The notes under the pieces were generated by a model. That model was given only the letters and a program-made list of their open reading frames with translations, was not told the origin of the DNA and made no database searches. Positions 41,597-55,119 of a stretch of DNA of 64,000 nt are shown piece by piece; positions within the stretch are counted from its first letter, which is position 1, and every line of letters begins with the position of its first letter. The translations under genes and the position numbers were made by a program. The stretch is taken from the NCBI GenBank assembly GCA_964016885.1, contig OZ024751.1, forward strand, positions 15,934,001-15,998,000, written 5' to 3'. Origin of the DNA: Eledone cirrhosa (lineage: Eukaryota).

Positions 41597-42130
41597 TGCT
41601 GATAACAACCATGAGCTTGGCTGGTCATATTTGGGCGCCCAGCCAGATCAGTTAGAGACTGTTGTTTCTGACAGAACCCACTGGAAGAAGTGTTTGACGA
41701 CTCTTCCCGCCCACCTCGACACTCTCAGGAAGAAGAAGAAGAAGAAGAAGAAGAAGAAGAAGAAGAAGAAGAAGAAGAAGAAGAAGAAGAAGAAGAATTT
41801 ATACTGATAACATCCATAAGATTGGCTGGTCACACTTGGGGGTCCAGGCAGGACCAATTGGGGGTCGTTGCTTCTGAAAGAACCCACTGAAAAGAGTGTT
41901 TGAGGACTCTGCCCCGACACGACTCTCTCTGGAATAAGTGGGCGAATAATAATAATAATAATAAGAATAATAATAAGATTTTATACTGATAACATCCATG
42001 AACTTGGTTGGTCTCGCTTGGGGATCCAGCCAAGTTTTTTTAATGACAGAACCCAACCCACTGGAAGGAGCGTTTTAGGACCCTGCCCACACCACCCTCG
42101 ACCCTCTTAGAAATAAGTGGGTGAAGAAGA
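41597..42130 (+). repeat. Three diverged ~180-200-bp tandem units, each ending in a simple-repeat tail
   Basis: Each starts ctgataaca(a/t)ccat and contains agaaccca..ctg(g/a)aa. Tails are (GAA)n, (ATA)n and gaagaagaa. Confidence 0.75.
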
Positions 42131-42493
42131 AAATTAATGTTTTATATTGCGTAATCTATATTTTGATGTTGCACTGTATATATTTAGACATTTGGGAACC
42201 TCATTCTATAACTTATTTAGGGATTAGGCTGTACTTTTCATTAGATGATTATATCCTGCATTCTGGTACAATTCCAAATTATTTTTATCATGTTATTATT
42301 GCAGTCGTTGTCATTTCATCTTTGCAGCAATACATCAATAACGGCTTCATATAGTTCATTGCAGTGTAAATATGCAAATCTTCGTTGCTTAATTTTCATA
42401 ACTAATTTCCCATAATTATTAATGTTTCAACATAGAAATCAAAAACACAACGGCATCAAGTTTATAATTCTAGGGAACAGAATAAAGGAATTT

Positions 42494-42576
<83 letters not shown>

Positions 42577-45557
42577 GTTTTACTTGAGTCGTGTGCCAGT
42601 TCGCTGGTAAGTTTTTTTTTTTGATTTTCTAAGTAAGAAATCAAAAGTTTATTGTTAAATTTATTACTATTTTATAGCTTGACCCCACGTCTGGCCTTTC
42701 AGACGGTGGGTCAAGTCATCTTCACCCCTCCCTGGGGTGAAATTTTCGTTTGGAAAAAATTTCGCCGGTGAAAAAATTGTAAACAAACCTTGCATTCAGT
42801 CATGAACGTTGCGTTCTTAACTAGAAGTGGTGGAGAGGCGGTAAGAGTGTTAAGCTCGCAGTCACCTCCTCTCACCACCTCATTGAAAGACATCGAAAAT
42901 GTCGTCAGTTTTGAAAACACACAACCCCAGACACCCACACGCCACCAAACATCTCCGTTCCCACCCCGCCGAAAACCACCACCCACCCAGACAGCCCCTC
43001 TAACACTCCCATGGAAACAGTGCAGCCTGGTCCCCGGGAGACGAAGAGGTGAGTGCTTTCTTCTCCTCTTCTTTTAACTTTTCAGAACCAACATGGCCAA
43101 TATAAGAGTTGGATGTGTGAATGTACGCGGCCTGGGGATGCCCTGGAAACAGGGCAGACTCTTAAACGACCTCAGGTCGCACAGTATGGATGTAGTAGCC
43201 ATTTGCGAGTCCAGGATCCACAGCGAGCGACAGCCGGCCCCCATCTTCGATGACTTTGAGATCTACGCATCTCTCTGTTAGCGTGGGGTGTGTGTGTGTG
43301 GGGGTGGGTGGGGGGTGGATTGGAGGCGGGGTTGCCGTTTTGCTGCGGAAACACCTGGGCCTCGTAACACAGACGGTACATCTGGACCCGGAGGGTCGAC
43401 TGGTGGTCCTAGACGTTGACGGTAGAGAAGGTGGAGCCTTCAGGTTGGTGGCCGCATATGCCCCATCCGGGACACCGCGGCCAGACTTCTTCAAACGTCT
43501 AGAGACTTTTCTGGGAACGTCCCGCTCCTTGCTTTTAGTGGGGGACTGGAATAGAATCCTAAATGCACGTTGGGACTATGTGGGAGCATGTCCCGATAAA
43601 GGGGGGTGTAACAGCCTCAAACAGTTAATCGGCAGATTTGACCTGGCCGATAGATATCGACTAGATTTTCCGACTGTGGACGTGGACTAATTTTAGCGGA
43701 ACATCTAGATCGTACCTAGATTGAGTTCTAGTTAGAAATAAGGATAGGGACATGTTAAGCAGTCCACAAATGTTCATGGTTGCCTATTCAGATCACAAAC
43801 TAGTGACCTGCATGGTAAACCTTGATAGAACCCATAGACAAGGACCCGGCTACTGGAAGCTGAACTTGTCGTTACCGACATGCAAAGCCTACAGTAGACG
43901 GATTAGCACTTTAGTTAAACAGCACTTGACAGGGACCATTGTCAACAACAGATGGTGGTACTCTCTCAAGAGGGCAGTTAGATTAGACTCATTAGTTTTT
44001 AGTAAAGAATTAGCGTTAGATAGAAATAGAACCGAGAAAAAACTGGTAGATAAAGTAGTGGTGTCGAGCGCCTCGCAAATCGAGGAAGTCGGCACCTTAC
44101 TGAAGGAATACGAAAGGTTCACAGGAGCGAAGCTGAACCGGGACAAAGTCCATCGGTTTACAACTCGGATCGTGGAGAGGCAGACCGATGCCTTCCGATG
44201 GCGTGGTCGGACGCTGGACGGAAGGATCGGTAAAGCTGCTCAGGGTCTGGTTTGGTTCGGACCTCCAGGTGGAGAAGAACTGGAACGAGGTGACGGCCAA
44301 GGTGTTTGCACTCACCCAGAAGTGGGCCGAGTGCAAACTATCCTTGAAAGGTCGAGCGGAGGTGGCGAACACTTTTATAGCGTCCGCCATCTACTACCGC
44401 TTGACCGTCGTGCCTTGTCCAGCCAAGACGCTCACCAAAATGGACGCACGCTCTTCCAATTCCTTTGGAAGAGGCGGGCTCCTTTGGTGAGAAGATCCAT
44501 CTGCTGCCAACACCCTTCCAACGAAGGGCTGGGGAGGCCGTGGCTGACGATGCGCAAACACGTGCTCAGGCTGCGGCATCTCTACGTATTCCTCTACGTA
44601 TTCCCACGACTCGTCTCGCTGACCGAGCTGCAGTCCTGGGTCGAGGAAAATGGGCGACTGGCACATCGAATGTGCTCAGGCGCTCACAGCCCTCTGACAA
44701 ACGGACCCGGCGATCAGTGGAGACTCCACTTCGTCATTCTATAGAGGGTTGATCCGCAACAAGTGCGACGATGCGCTCGGTGAAACTCTAGGCGTAGAGG
44801 AAGACGAACTGGCCAGTCTGTTCGGTAGGACCTTCCGCCCTGCGCCGATGGACAACTTCAGAAAGTCCCTGGCCTGGCAGTGCTACCGAGCAGCTCTACC
44901 AGTTCGAGACAAGCTCTACAGACATGGGCGCCCGGGCAGGGACCCTGCAAAAAAGATCTGTCCGAGGTGCGTGCGAGGCGAAGTAACCGTCGCGCACACA
45001 TTCATACACTGCCCGGGCGTTACCGACCTGTGGGGCTATGTAGAACCACTATTGTCGCGGGTGGGACCAATCCGGTTGACCACCGAGTCCATTGTCATGA
45101 TCAAACCGGTTTTCCTTTGTGTGATAGCTATGGCGAAAGAGGTTGTATGGTGGACAAGGTTGAAAGGGCTGAGGTCAGACACCTTTATCTCCGGCCAACA
45201 ACTGATTCTTTTTTTCAAATACCACTTTGGAAGAAGAATCAGGATGGAGAGAGAGGTGCTGTACCCCAGCAAGTTTTATGAAAGGTGGGTGAAAGTGGCG
45301 AGAATTGGCCTTCTCTCTATATCAGCCTATAGGTTGAGGAAAAAGAGGAGGAGAGGAAAGGGGTACAAACTCTTCGTATTCCTGGAGATGAGGGTTGGAT
45401 ATTTTTTTCGGGGGTATGTAATGCCTCCCCCTATTGGGAAAAATCGACTAATTTTAAATTGCATTTGTGATAATATTATACACGTTTTTATTGTATGTAA
45501 ACTTCTCCCTTTGTATTTGTCCCCTTCTTTTGTGCCCTTGTGGCTAATAAAGAAACA
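42577..45557 (+). mobile_element. L1/Tx1-clade LINE, internally deleted and frameshifted
   Basis: APE endonuclease motifs 'VGCVNVRGL', 'DVVAICES', 'GGVAVLL', 'GRLVVLDV', 'AYAP', 'LVGDWN', 'SDHKLV', 'GPGYWKLN'. RT tail 'YERFTGAKLNRDK' and C-terminal 'CPRC..TVAHTFIHC'. Ends ggctaataaagaaac. (CTAT)n on both sides. Confidence 0.88.
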
Positions 45558-45942
45558 TATCTATCTATCCATCCATCCATCAATCCATCCATCTGCCCCT
45601 CTCTATCTATCCAGCCACTTCTCTCTCCCTCCCTCTCTCTCTCTCAATCTCTCTTTCAATCTCTCTCTCCCTCTCCCCTCTCCCTCTCTCTCTGTATCTA
45701 TGTATATATCTATATATAGTGTTTACAACACGACTGCATCATCGTTTTAAGTGTATATTTCTTTGTAAATATTTATGTACAAACTCCCCCTCCCCCCTTC
45801 TACACCTCTCTTATGTAATATGTGTGTGTGTGTCTGTGCGTGTGTGTATACATGTATATCAAGTTCTAAAATGTCCTGTAACTCACGTACACACACACGC
45901 ACACACACGCACATACACACGCACATACACACATACACATAT

Positions 45943-45988
<46 letters not shown>

Positions 45989-48647
45989 ATCGTTATAATT
46001 ATGCCTTGAAGTGTTTCCTGGTATAATAATTGAAATTATGGAGAATTCGTTTTTGTTTGACGTTTAAAAATCATAATAATTCGCTAATATAACGTATGAT
46101 TACCAGTGAACCCGTGGCGTCAATAAAAACTGCAATAGCGCTCAGCGCATTTTATTTTCGCTCACAAAACATTGGTGAATCCAAGGCAGAAGTAGGGGAC
46201 GTTTGCTTAGTGTGAGACAAAGTGGGACGGAACACGAAACCACGTAGTAGTGAAACAAACACCTTAACTACACAACTATGTCTGCATCCTTGTGATTTTT
46301 ACTAACACACTAGATTTGTGCACTAGTATTTAGGATAATAGGTGGCGAATTGGCAGAGTCGGTAGAACGTCTGACAGCATGCTTTGCAGTATTCTTTTCC
46401 GCTCTCTGCTCTTTGAGTTTATATCTCGCTGAGGTGGACTTTGCCTTTCATCCATTCCAGCTCAATAAAAAAGTAGCAGTCTAGTACTGGGACCGATTCT
46501 TTTTCTGACTCTTTTTCCACACTTCCATTCTCTCACTTTCTAACCTTCTCTGGAAGAAATCTGCTATATTCAGACCTGGAGAAGGGATGGACTCCGCCCC
46601 TACGAATCCTTCAAAGATGAAAGGCAAAGCAAACCTCGGCGGGATTTAAATTTAGAACGTAAAAGGACCTAACCCTATACCGCAAAGCATATTGTCCGAT
46701 GCTCTACCTATAGTGCCTACATACCATCCCATTGTACATATTAACACAAATCGCTAGTTGTCGATATCATTCGCTTCATCGTCATAGTAAGCCTCACATC
46801 TATCATTATCTTCAAGATCGTCCTCATTTACATTCGTGAAATATGCCTAGAAGTTTCCAATTATCCAAAAGAAGCCATTTTAAACATTGTTATATATATC
46901 ATTTATCATAAGTATAAAAACAACCACACATTATTTGGCAAAATAATAATTGGAAACATGTCCAGTAGAAAACAGGGTTGTAGTGGTATGTTTCCATATA
47001 AACTTGTCTATTAACTTTAAAAATGATTTCTATAAACGTCAGTGATATATATTCAATATCAACCAAAGTGATAGCGTGAACAATATATAGAGACATGCAG
47101 AAAGCTATTAATATTTTGACGAATTCCTAAATTTCTTGAAACTAGCCAATACCCAAATGACATTAGGTAAAAACCAAAGCTATTTTCTATCAGATATAAT
47201 CCAACTAAAATAATAAATAAATAAACAGAAAATAAATATATAAATATATATGATAGATATGGTCGAATATTACCAAATATAATCCAACTAAAATAAATAA
47301 ATGAATATACAAACAAATGAATAAATATATAAATGTGATAGAATATGATTGAATATTGAACATTGACGTTTAGAAAATATTTCTTTTCGGTTGAGATGAG
47401 ATGAGACGAAGCAATGGAATTATATGAAGCAATGGAAGACAGAGATTGAAGGAGAAATATGGTGCAGATCTGTGCCATATTCTAGGATAATTGCAAGCAA
47501 ATCGATACAAACTGATGCATTTAACTGTCTTAGCAATAGGAGATTGGAAATATCGTATCTGTTAACAATACACATACACACAAGGATAAACGGACATTTA
47601 CTTACTCACACACGCTCACTTATAAGTATAGTATATATATATATATATATATATATATAGCAATATTTTATAGGAAATGTAGGGAAAGTATGTTCTCCCT
47701 ACAAGCCACATATGTGTGTGGTGTATGTGCGGGGCTATCTTGTTGCTTGTAGCTCAGCCTTCTCTGTCGATTTTTTTCTGATTGGTATCTTCAATAATTT
47801 CACCACTCTTGATCAACATCATCTATATATAAATTTGACCGATTTCCGTCCGTCACACAATGTGTGTGTGTGAATGTATGAGTACGTAAAAAGAAGGAAG
47901 GGAATGGAGAAGAACTATAGCAAAACAGCGACTGGCATTCCATTTGCCATGCTATGTGTGAATCTATGTGTGTGTTTGTGTAAATGTATGTATGTGTGAG
48001 TTTGGGTGAATGTATGTTTATTTGTGTGAATGTATGTTTATTTGTGTGAATGTATGTCTGTGAGTGTGTGTGTTTGCGAGTTTATACTTATATGCTCATA
48101 CATATAAATGTATGCATATGCACCTACACACATATACACATAGGCGTCAGCGTGTTTAAAAAAAGATTCTAGTACAATAAAAAGGAACCTTGCATCGTCT
48201 TTGCCTCGAACCTTCCACCTAACTCTATGTAAACACATCTTTCATCGGCAGTTCTCTATAATTTGCAAGTGTGAGAAGATTTACAGAAAATTCAATTCTA
48301 TTCTATTCGTTTTTCTTAGTAAAATATAAAACAAAGCAAAATACATATTCCCTTTTTTTCTGTATCTATATTTAAAAAGAAAATTCTATTTTATATTTTA
48401 AATTCAGCATTTAATCTCTCTATAAATACAGACAGTTCTGTTTCGAGAATTATATATAGTTCATAAGTGTGAAGTGTTTCGGGTGATTAGGCTGAGGTAT
48501 ATATATATAACGAAGGAGGTGTGGTAAGGAACCAGATGGTCCATAACGCACAAGAGTACTCAATACTTAGGGTAGTAGAGTGGGTAACAGGAAAATGTTT
48601 AACCCCGACGGCAGAGCTCAAGCCGTTTCGACGGCTATTTCTGAACT

Positions 48648-48689
<42 letters not shown>

Positions 48690-48718
48690 TTTTTATACAT
48701 ATACAAACATATATTTTT

Positions 48719-48764
<46 letters not shown>

Positions 48765-49045
48765 GCATATGTATATGTATATATATATGTATATATATAT
48801 ATGTATATATATATACATATGTATATATATATATATAATATATATATATATGAAAATAGGGAGAAAGAGACGATTATGAGGAAGAAAAATATATTTTTTT
48901 CCTTTTTTGTTTCTCTCTCTTTTTTCTGGGTTAGAAAATGATTAAAACGAAATGTTGTACTTTGTGTGAAGTGTTAAGGTATTAGTTGATTTATTTATTA
49001 TTTAACAATGGCATTTATTTATCTATTTATATATTTAATTATTGT

Positions 49046-49088
49046 CTATTACCGGTTTCAACATTTATATGCATTATCAAATGATAGT
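49046..49088 (-). ncRNA. Minimal hammerhead motif (U3-A8) in downstream pseudo-LTR of the full-length Penelope element
   Basis: Minus strand: ctatcat-TTGATAA-tgcatataaatgtt-GAAA-ccgg-TA-atag. Confidence 0.65.
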
Positions 49089-49500
49089 GAAATGTATTAG
49101 TGTGGTGTCGCACATGTTAAATAGAAGGTGCAGAAAGAATAATGTTATATACAAACAAGGTTTAAGAAGTGAAAAGAAAAAAAGAAAAAGGAAAAAAAAA
49201 AACGTGCATAATGTGGAACGTAAAAAGTCAATGTGGAAGAAAAAATAATGTTATTTACAAGCACAGTCATTGAAGTTAAGCAGTTCTAAATGTGTTAATA
49301 TCGCAAGAGTACTTAGTTAAACCATGGTTCCGTGAAGGAAGAAAATGGTGGACTGTAGCTTGATATGATTTCCCTTTTTAGAGAGTTAACATGCAGGGGG
49401 TAGCAATTCTTGCTGGGTGATATTTAATTTATTTAAGAAAAAGATTAGGTAGGGTGTGAGGGAGGTAACTCTTGTAAATGTTTGATGGTTTGTTGCAGTT

Positions 49501-52500
49501 TTAGATTGGTCCGATTTTTAGTAGTGGTTGAAATTTATTAATGAAATGTGTTTCCTTATTGGTACGTTGGATGAAAGTAGCGTTGTCTATGAATTTGTAA
49601 ATGGGGAACATTTTAAAGTTTGGATGTTGGTTGAGAGCACAATTGGCGATATGTTCACTAAATACAATCTTTCTGTACTCCTGTATTTTAATTTGTGATT
49701 TATGGACGGTCATACGTTGACGGAGGCTGTTTTTTGTCTGTCCTATGTAGTGCTCTTGACAACCTGAGCAGGTCAAATCATAGATAAGGTTTTCAGATGC
49801 ACATGTAAAGTTGTGTTTAACTGTGAAACGTTGTCCTTGTTTAAAATGGAATGTTGAACCTTCTATTAGATTTATGCATATGCCACAGTTGGGCCTTCCG
49901 CATTTTGTTACTGTAGGGTTCATTGTGAGGGTTTGTTGGATTTTGGCTTGTGTGAGGATGTTTTTTATGGATTTGGGTTGTCTTTTGCTCTTTATGATGT
50001 GTGTTTGGAGGATATTGTTCATTCATGGGTCTCTTTTTAGTAAAGGAATGTTCTGGAGTATGGTGTCGAATGCCTCATTGTTGAGGGGGTTGTGTGTGGA
50101 GTTGTATGGTAGAGTTTTTTGTTGCGGTTCACTCCTGGGTTTGGGGTGTCTGAGTTCCTGGATGTCTAGTTTTAGGGCACGTTGGAATCCATTGGTGATT
50201 AGGGATGGTGGATAGTTTCTGCTGATAAGTGTGTTTTTTAATTCTTCTAGTCGTGTGTAGCATGTGTGTAGCATGAAACTATTATGCAGATCCTTCTGGC
50301 TAGGTTATAAGGAATTGGCATTTTGGTGTGTCTAGCGTGGCACGAGTTGAATGGAAGATATTGTTTGGAGTCTGTGGGTTTGTAGTATATGTATGTTTCT
50401 ATTTTGTTGCTTGTTTTCTTGATGAGGAAGTCGAGGAAAGGGAGTTGTTCATGGCTGTAATCCATTGTGAATTGTAAGTTAGTGTTGAGCCCATTCAGAA
50501 GGGTTTTAAACTCAATCAGTCTATCTATACTTTCATGCCAGAGGATGAAGCAGTCGTCCAGATATCTCTTCCAGTTCTTTTCTATGTGTTGGTAGAAGTG
50601 GTTGCCGTATTTGTCTAGAACTTTGCGGTAGAGAATGGTTTCCAAATATCCCATGACAAGGTTGGCGTATGAGGGGCTACTTTCGTGCCCATGGCAGTCC
50701 TAGATTCCTGTCTGTAGTATTTGGCATTGAATTCGAAGAAATTGTTTTCCAAGATGAATTTGAGTCCCTCCAACACAAATTCTTTAGGGATGCGCTGTGG
50801 AAGTTCACTAGGGATATTTTCCATCCAGAATTGTATTGCCTCTATACCTAGGTTGTGTGGGATATTGGAATATAAATTGATGACATCAAAGGTTACTAGT
50901 AGGGTATGTTCGTTATTGAGTGTTGTTGGGAAGTGATTAACCATATCAAGGTCGTCCCTTATGAAGCTTTTTATATGTTTTAGGAAAGGTTGAAGCAGAA
51001 TATCTAGAAAGTTGCTTAGGCGGTGGGTTTCACATGTGGTGCCTGCTATTATGGGTCTTAATTTAAGGTCATCAGGAGGGGCTATATTGATGTAAACGTC
51101 TGTGGCTTGCTTGCAGGCCCTGCCTATTACTTCGCTTGTGTGTGTCTTGGGGATACCGTAGAAGAGGCTGGTTCTGCTTTTGAAATTGGTGATGTAGTTG
51201 TATTCCTTGTCTGTAAGGCCTTCTTTGTAAAGGGTTATTAGGGATTTTAGGTTTCTCATTATTTTCTGTTGTGTGTAGTGTTGGGCCTTTTCATAATATG
51301 TTTGGTTTTCTAGAGTTGAGAGTACTAGAGTTGTGTAATAATCTGTCTCCATAAGGACTACTGCACTCCCTTTATCTGCCTCTTTGATTGTTAGGGTTTT
51401 GTCGTTTTTTAGACTGTTAAGACCATTCCATTCTCTTTTGCTTATGTTTGTTTTTTGTTTATGTCTGTGTAGGTGGTGGTATGGGTAATTAATAATGTGT
51501 TCGCAGAATTGATCGAGGAATTTATTCTTGCCTTTTGGTGGGGTGTAGTTGCTTCTATTTCTAGCTATTGAGTCATCCTCATTGTATTTGTTGTATAGTT
51601 GTTCGCTGAGTCTTAGTTTTCTACAGAATTCTGCAATATCTTCCTTCATTTCGGGGTAGTTTGGTTGTTGGGGAGTTGGTGTAAATTTTAGACCTTTGGA
51701 GAGTATGTTGATTTGGTCTGTTGTTAATTCTTTGGAGGTTAAATTGACAAATTTTATTGCATTTTGTGTCTCCTGTGTGTTTTGTGTTATCTTGTAATCC
51801 TATGTCTGTGCTGTGTCTAAAACATGATTACGGAAGTTGTGATGACTGTTGAAGTTTGGATGTCTCTTATAGTTGTATTGGCTCCTGCTGTTGTTGTAAG
51901 ATGGTGTGTAGCTGTGGTGGTTGTTGAGTTTAGGTTGTATCGTGTGGTTGTATTGAGCCCTGCTGATGTTGTTGGAGGGTGTGTAGATTTGATGGACGTG
52001 GTTATAGGGTGTGAAGTTGTGGTGGTTGTTGAAGTTGGGTTGTATCGTGTGGTTGTGTTGAGCACTGCTGTTGTTGTAGGGTGTGTAGACTTGGTGGTAG
52101 TTGTAGTAGGGTTGTCTTGTGTGTTCATATTGAGTCCTGTTGTTGCTGTTATATGGTGTGTAGTTATGGTGGTTGTAGTTGTTAGGGTATCTGGTGTGGT
52201 TGTATTGTCCCCTGCTGGTGTTGTTGTAGTAGGGTGTCGTAAGTGGGGGAGGGTAGATTAGGGTTTCCTTATAGCTGGTGTGTGGTTGTGAGGCCCTGTG
52301 TGACATGTGTGGTAGTTGTGTATTTTGGATTCTATGTTGGAAGTAATTATGGTTGTGGGTTTGTTGTGTGGGGATGTTAGGGGGATTGTAAGTGTGGGGG
52401 TTTTATGGTTTCTCCTGGTGGGAGAGAAGTTGTTGTGTCTATCTTGTAGCTGATGTTTCTCTATTACTATAGTTGTTGCTTGGGAGTCCGTGTGGCAGTT

Positions 52501-53376
52501 GTGTGGAGGGTGTAGGAGGTAGGGGCGAGGTGATGCCTTCTTTTGTTGGTATGTGGGGAGGTATTGTTTTTTTGTTGTTGTTGGTTGTTGTTTGTTGTTT
52601 GGGTGTTGATTGAGTTTTCTTGATATTATGGTTTTAATGAAGGGGTTCTTGGATGTATGTTCTTTTTGGAAAAGTGTTTCATAGTTAGAGAACCAGGTTT
52701 CGTTTATTTCCCAGCGTTGAAGGGATTTTAATTCTTCCTTATTACAGTCCTCTAACCATAATTTTGAAATATTTTCTAGGGTGGTGTCTCTGGTTATATT
52801 GATAATTGCTAGATTAATCTCATCGTCGATTGATTTGATCCTATCTTCATTTGCTTGGGCTCTCAATTTAAGGAGTTCAATTTCGGTTTTTATGTTATCA
52901 AGTGCCATTCTTTCTCTGCGGTGTCTTTGTGTCTCTGGTTCGTTTGGGATTGGATTTAATTTTTAGTTTACGGGGGATGATTAATGGGGAAGAGTTAATC
53001 CATTTTTCATAGATCTCCGCTTTGTTATTGTTTTGTATCATCTTCCAAAAGGAGAATTTCCTGTTATTAAGATATGTGTATCATTGTGGTATTAATTTTT
53101 TTATTATTTGGTAAGTTGTAAGTGTATTAGTGTCATGTGTATTTTCGTTCGTTTGAATAAGGTTTGTGTTGTTATTCAGGTGTGTTTTTATTGTTTCACA
53201 TAAGTTGTTGATATTGTCGTTGATTTCATAGGATGTGTATTTGGGGATTGTTTCTTCACTTGTAGAGTTTAGTTTGTTGGTGAATATTGACAAATTAGAG
53301 TTAATTGTTTGTAGTTCTTGGAGTATCCCTTGATTGATGCTGATGAGAGTGGAGTCTGTTTTTTTTTAGTAGGCAT
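49501..53376 (-). pseudogene. Penelope-like polyprotein (long N-terminal region, RT, GIY-YIG), multiple frameshifts
   Basis: Motifs 'IKEADKGSAVV', 'LRPIIAG', 'LVTFDVINLYSNIP', 'TAMGTKVAP', 'WKRYLDDCF', 'LPFLD', 'CGRPNCGIC', 'ENLIYDLTCSGCQEHYIGQT'. Putative ATG (MPTKKKQTP) at 53376. Confidence 0.9.
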
Positions 53377-53655
53377 TTTCTGTGTCTCGTGTGGGGGTGA
53401 ATAATAATAATAATAAAATGTGGAGAGGAGGCACACGAGTTAGGATATATATATATATATATGAAAACAGGGAGAAAGAGGCGATTATGAGGAAGAAAAA
53501 ATATTTTTTTCCTTTTTTGTTTCTCTCTCTTTTTTCTGGGTTAGAAAATGATTAAAACGAAATGTTTTACTTTGTGTGAAGTGTTAAGGTATTAATTGAT
53601 TTATTTATTATTTAACAATGGCATTTATTTATCTATTTATATATTTAATTATTGT

Positions 53656-53698
53656 CTATTACCGGTTTCAGCATTTATATGCATTATCAAATGATAGT
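53656..53698 (-). ncRNA. Minimal hammerhead motif (U3-A8) in upstream pseudo-LTR
   Basis: Minus strand: ctatcat-TTGATAA-tgcatataaatgct-GAAA-ccgg-TA-atag. Confidence 0.68.
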
Positions 53699-53947
53699 GA
53701 AATGTATTAGTGTGGTGTCGCACATGTTAAACAGAATGTGCAGAAAGAATAATGTTATATACAAACAAGGTTTAAGTGAAAAGAAAAAAGAAAAAGGAGG
53801 CAAATGGTGGACTGTGGTTTGATATGATTTCCCTTTTTAGAGAGTTAATATGCAGGGGGAAGCAATTCTTGGTGGGTGATATTTAATTTATTTAAGAAAC
53901 AGGATTAAGTAGGGTATGAGGGAGGTAACTCTTGTAAATATATATAA

Positions 53948-54018
<71 letters not shown>

Positions 54019-54063
54019 CATATATATATATATAAATACATATATATATATATATATAAATAC

Positions 54064-54138
<75 letters not shown>

Positions 54139-54162
54139 CATATATATATATGTGCGTGTGTG

Positions 54163-55009
54163 CATATATAAAGTTGTAGTTCATATCTGTTTGTTTGTTT
54201 GTTCACGAACTCCTCCTATGGTTTTGGAGATAGACCCCCATAACCATATACATTCTGAAACTACATTGCCCAGGGTACTTTGATAAGTATATTTCATTTT
54301 AATTAAACGGTTCCCGGGGGCACAAATCCCTGCTGAAATCTTTTCCCTTCGATTTATATGAAATTTAAACCATGAAATGTAAATGACAAGATATGATGCC
54401 TATTCACAACATTTCAGCAAATTTCAATAATATTAAGACACCCTAATCGGGGTTAAACCCCCCTTTAGTGAACATTTGGGAAGCCCATAACTTGAGTATT
54501 GGAACTTTGAATTTCTAATTTGAAAATAATGCTTTACACAAAAATGAAATGATCAAGTTTTGAATTGATATTTAAAAAAAAATTATTTACAAGAAACAAA
54601 ATAAGAATAAGATTTAATAATGTAATTTTGATTTGATATATTACAAAAAATAATTGTTTCTACTTTTTGGCACAAGGCCTGCAATTAGCCAGTACATTAC
54701 TGGTAATTTATTTTATCGACCCCATAAGGATGAAAGGCAAAGTTAACCTCGACGGGATTTGAACTCAGACCGTAAAGAGGCGTAACTATGCTAGAAAGCA
54801 TGGCGTCCAACCCTCTACCGATACTGCCAATTCACCGCCCTTATATTACAAAAAATAATGTTTTCCAATGTTTCATGCATTACATTTTACATTGAGTAAT
54901 ATTGAAATGCAGAGATTTTCTCCATAAATTATATCACTGATTTAAAATCAATCATTTTCTTACAAAAACAAATGTGTGAAACTCAGCAACACGCAGGTAA
55001 TTCGGCTAG
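54163..55009 (+). mobile_element. Non-autonomous Helitron-like element carrying a SINE insertion
   Basis: 5' tatataaagttg..(tgtt)n and 3' degenerate hairpin ctcagcaacacgcaggtaattcgg followed by CTAG|T. Confidence 0.55.
54655..54841 (-). mobile_element. Same SINE family with target-site duplication
   Basis: Reverse copy flanked by direct repeat tatattacaaaaaataat (54637-54654 / 54842-54859). Confidence 0.88.
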
Positions 55010-55041
55010 TATATGTATATATATAAATGTTATTATATATG

Positions 55042-55119
55042 CAGGGTGTTCCCAACATTATATACACACTTTTATTAGAATGCTGTTGAAAAGTATATAC
55101 ATTTTTTGAGGACACCCTA
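55042..55119. mobile_element. Tiny Tc1-type MITE
   Basis: cagggtgttcccaacattatatacacacttt ... aaagtatatacattttttgaggacacccta inverted ends in TA context. Confidence 0.55.

Larger units (their letters stand above)
48845..53940 (-). mobile_element. Near full-length Penelope-like element (Neptune-like) with direct pseudo-LTRs
   Basis: Direct repeats ~48845-49495 and ~53455-53940 (both begin atgaaaa[t/c]agggagaaagag; the second has an internal deletion) flank a frameshifted RT+EN ORF. Both ends lie in (TA)n-rich tracts. Confidence 0.9.
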
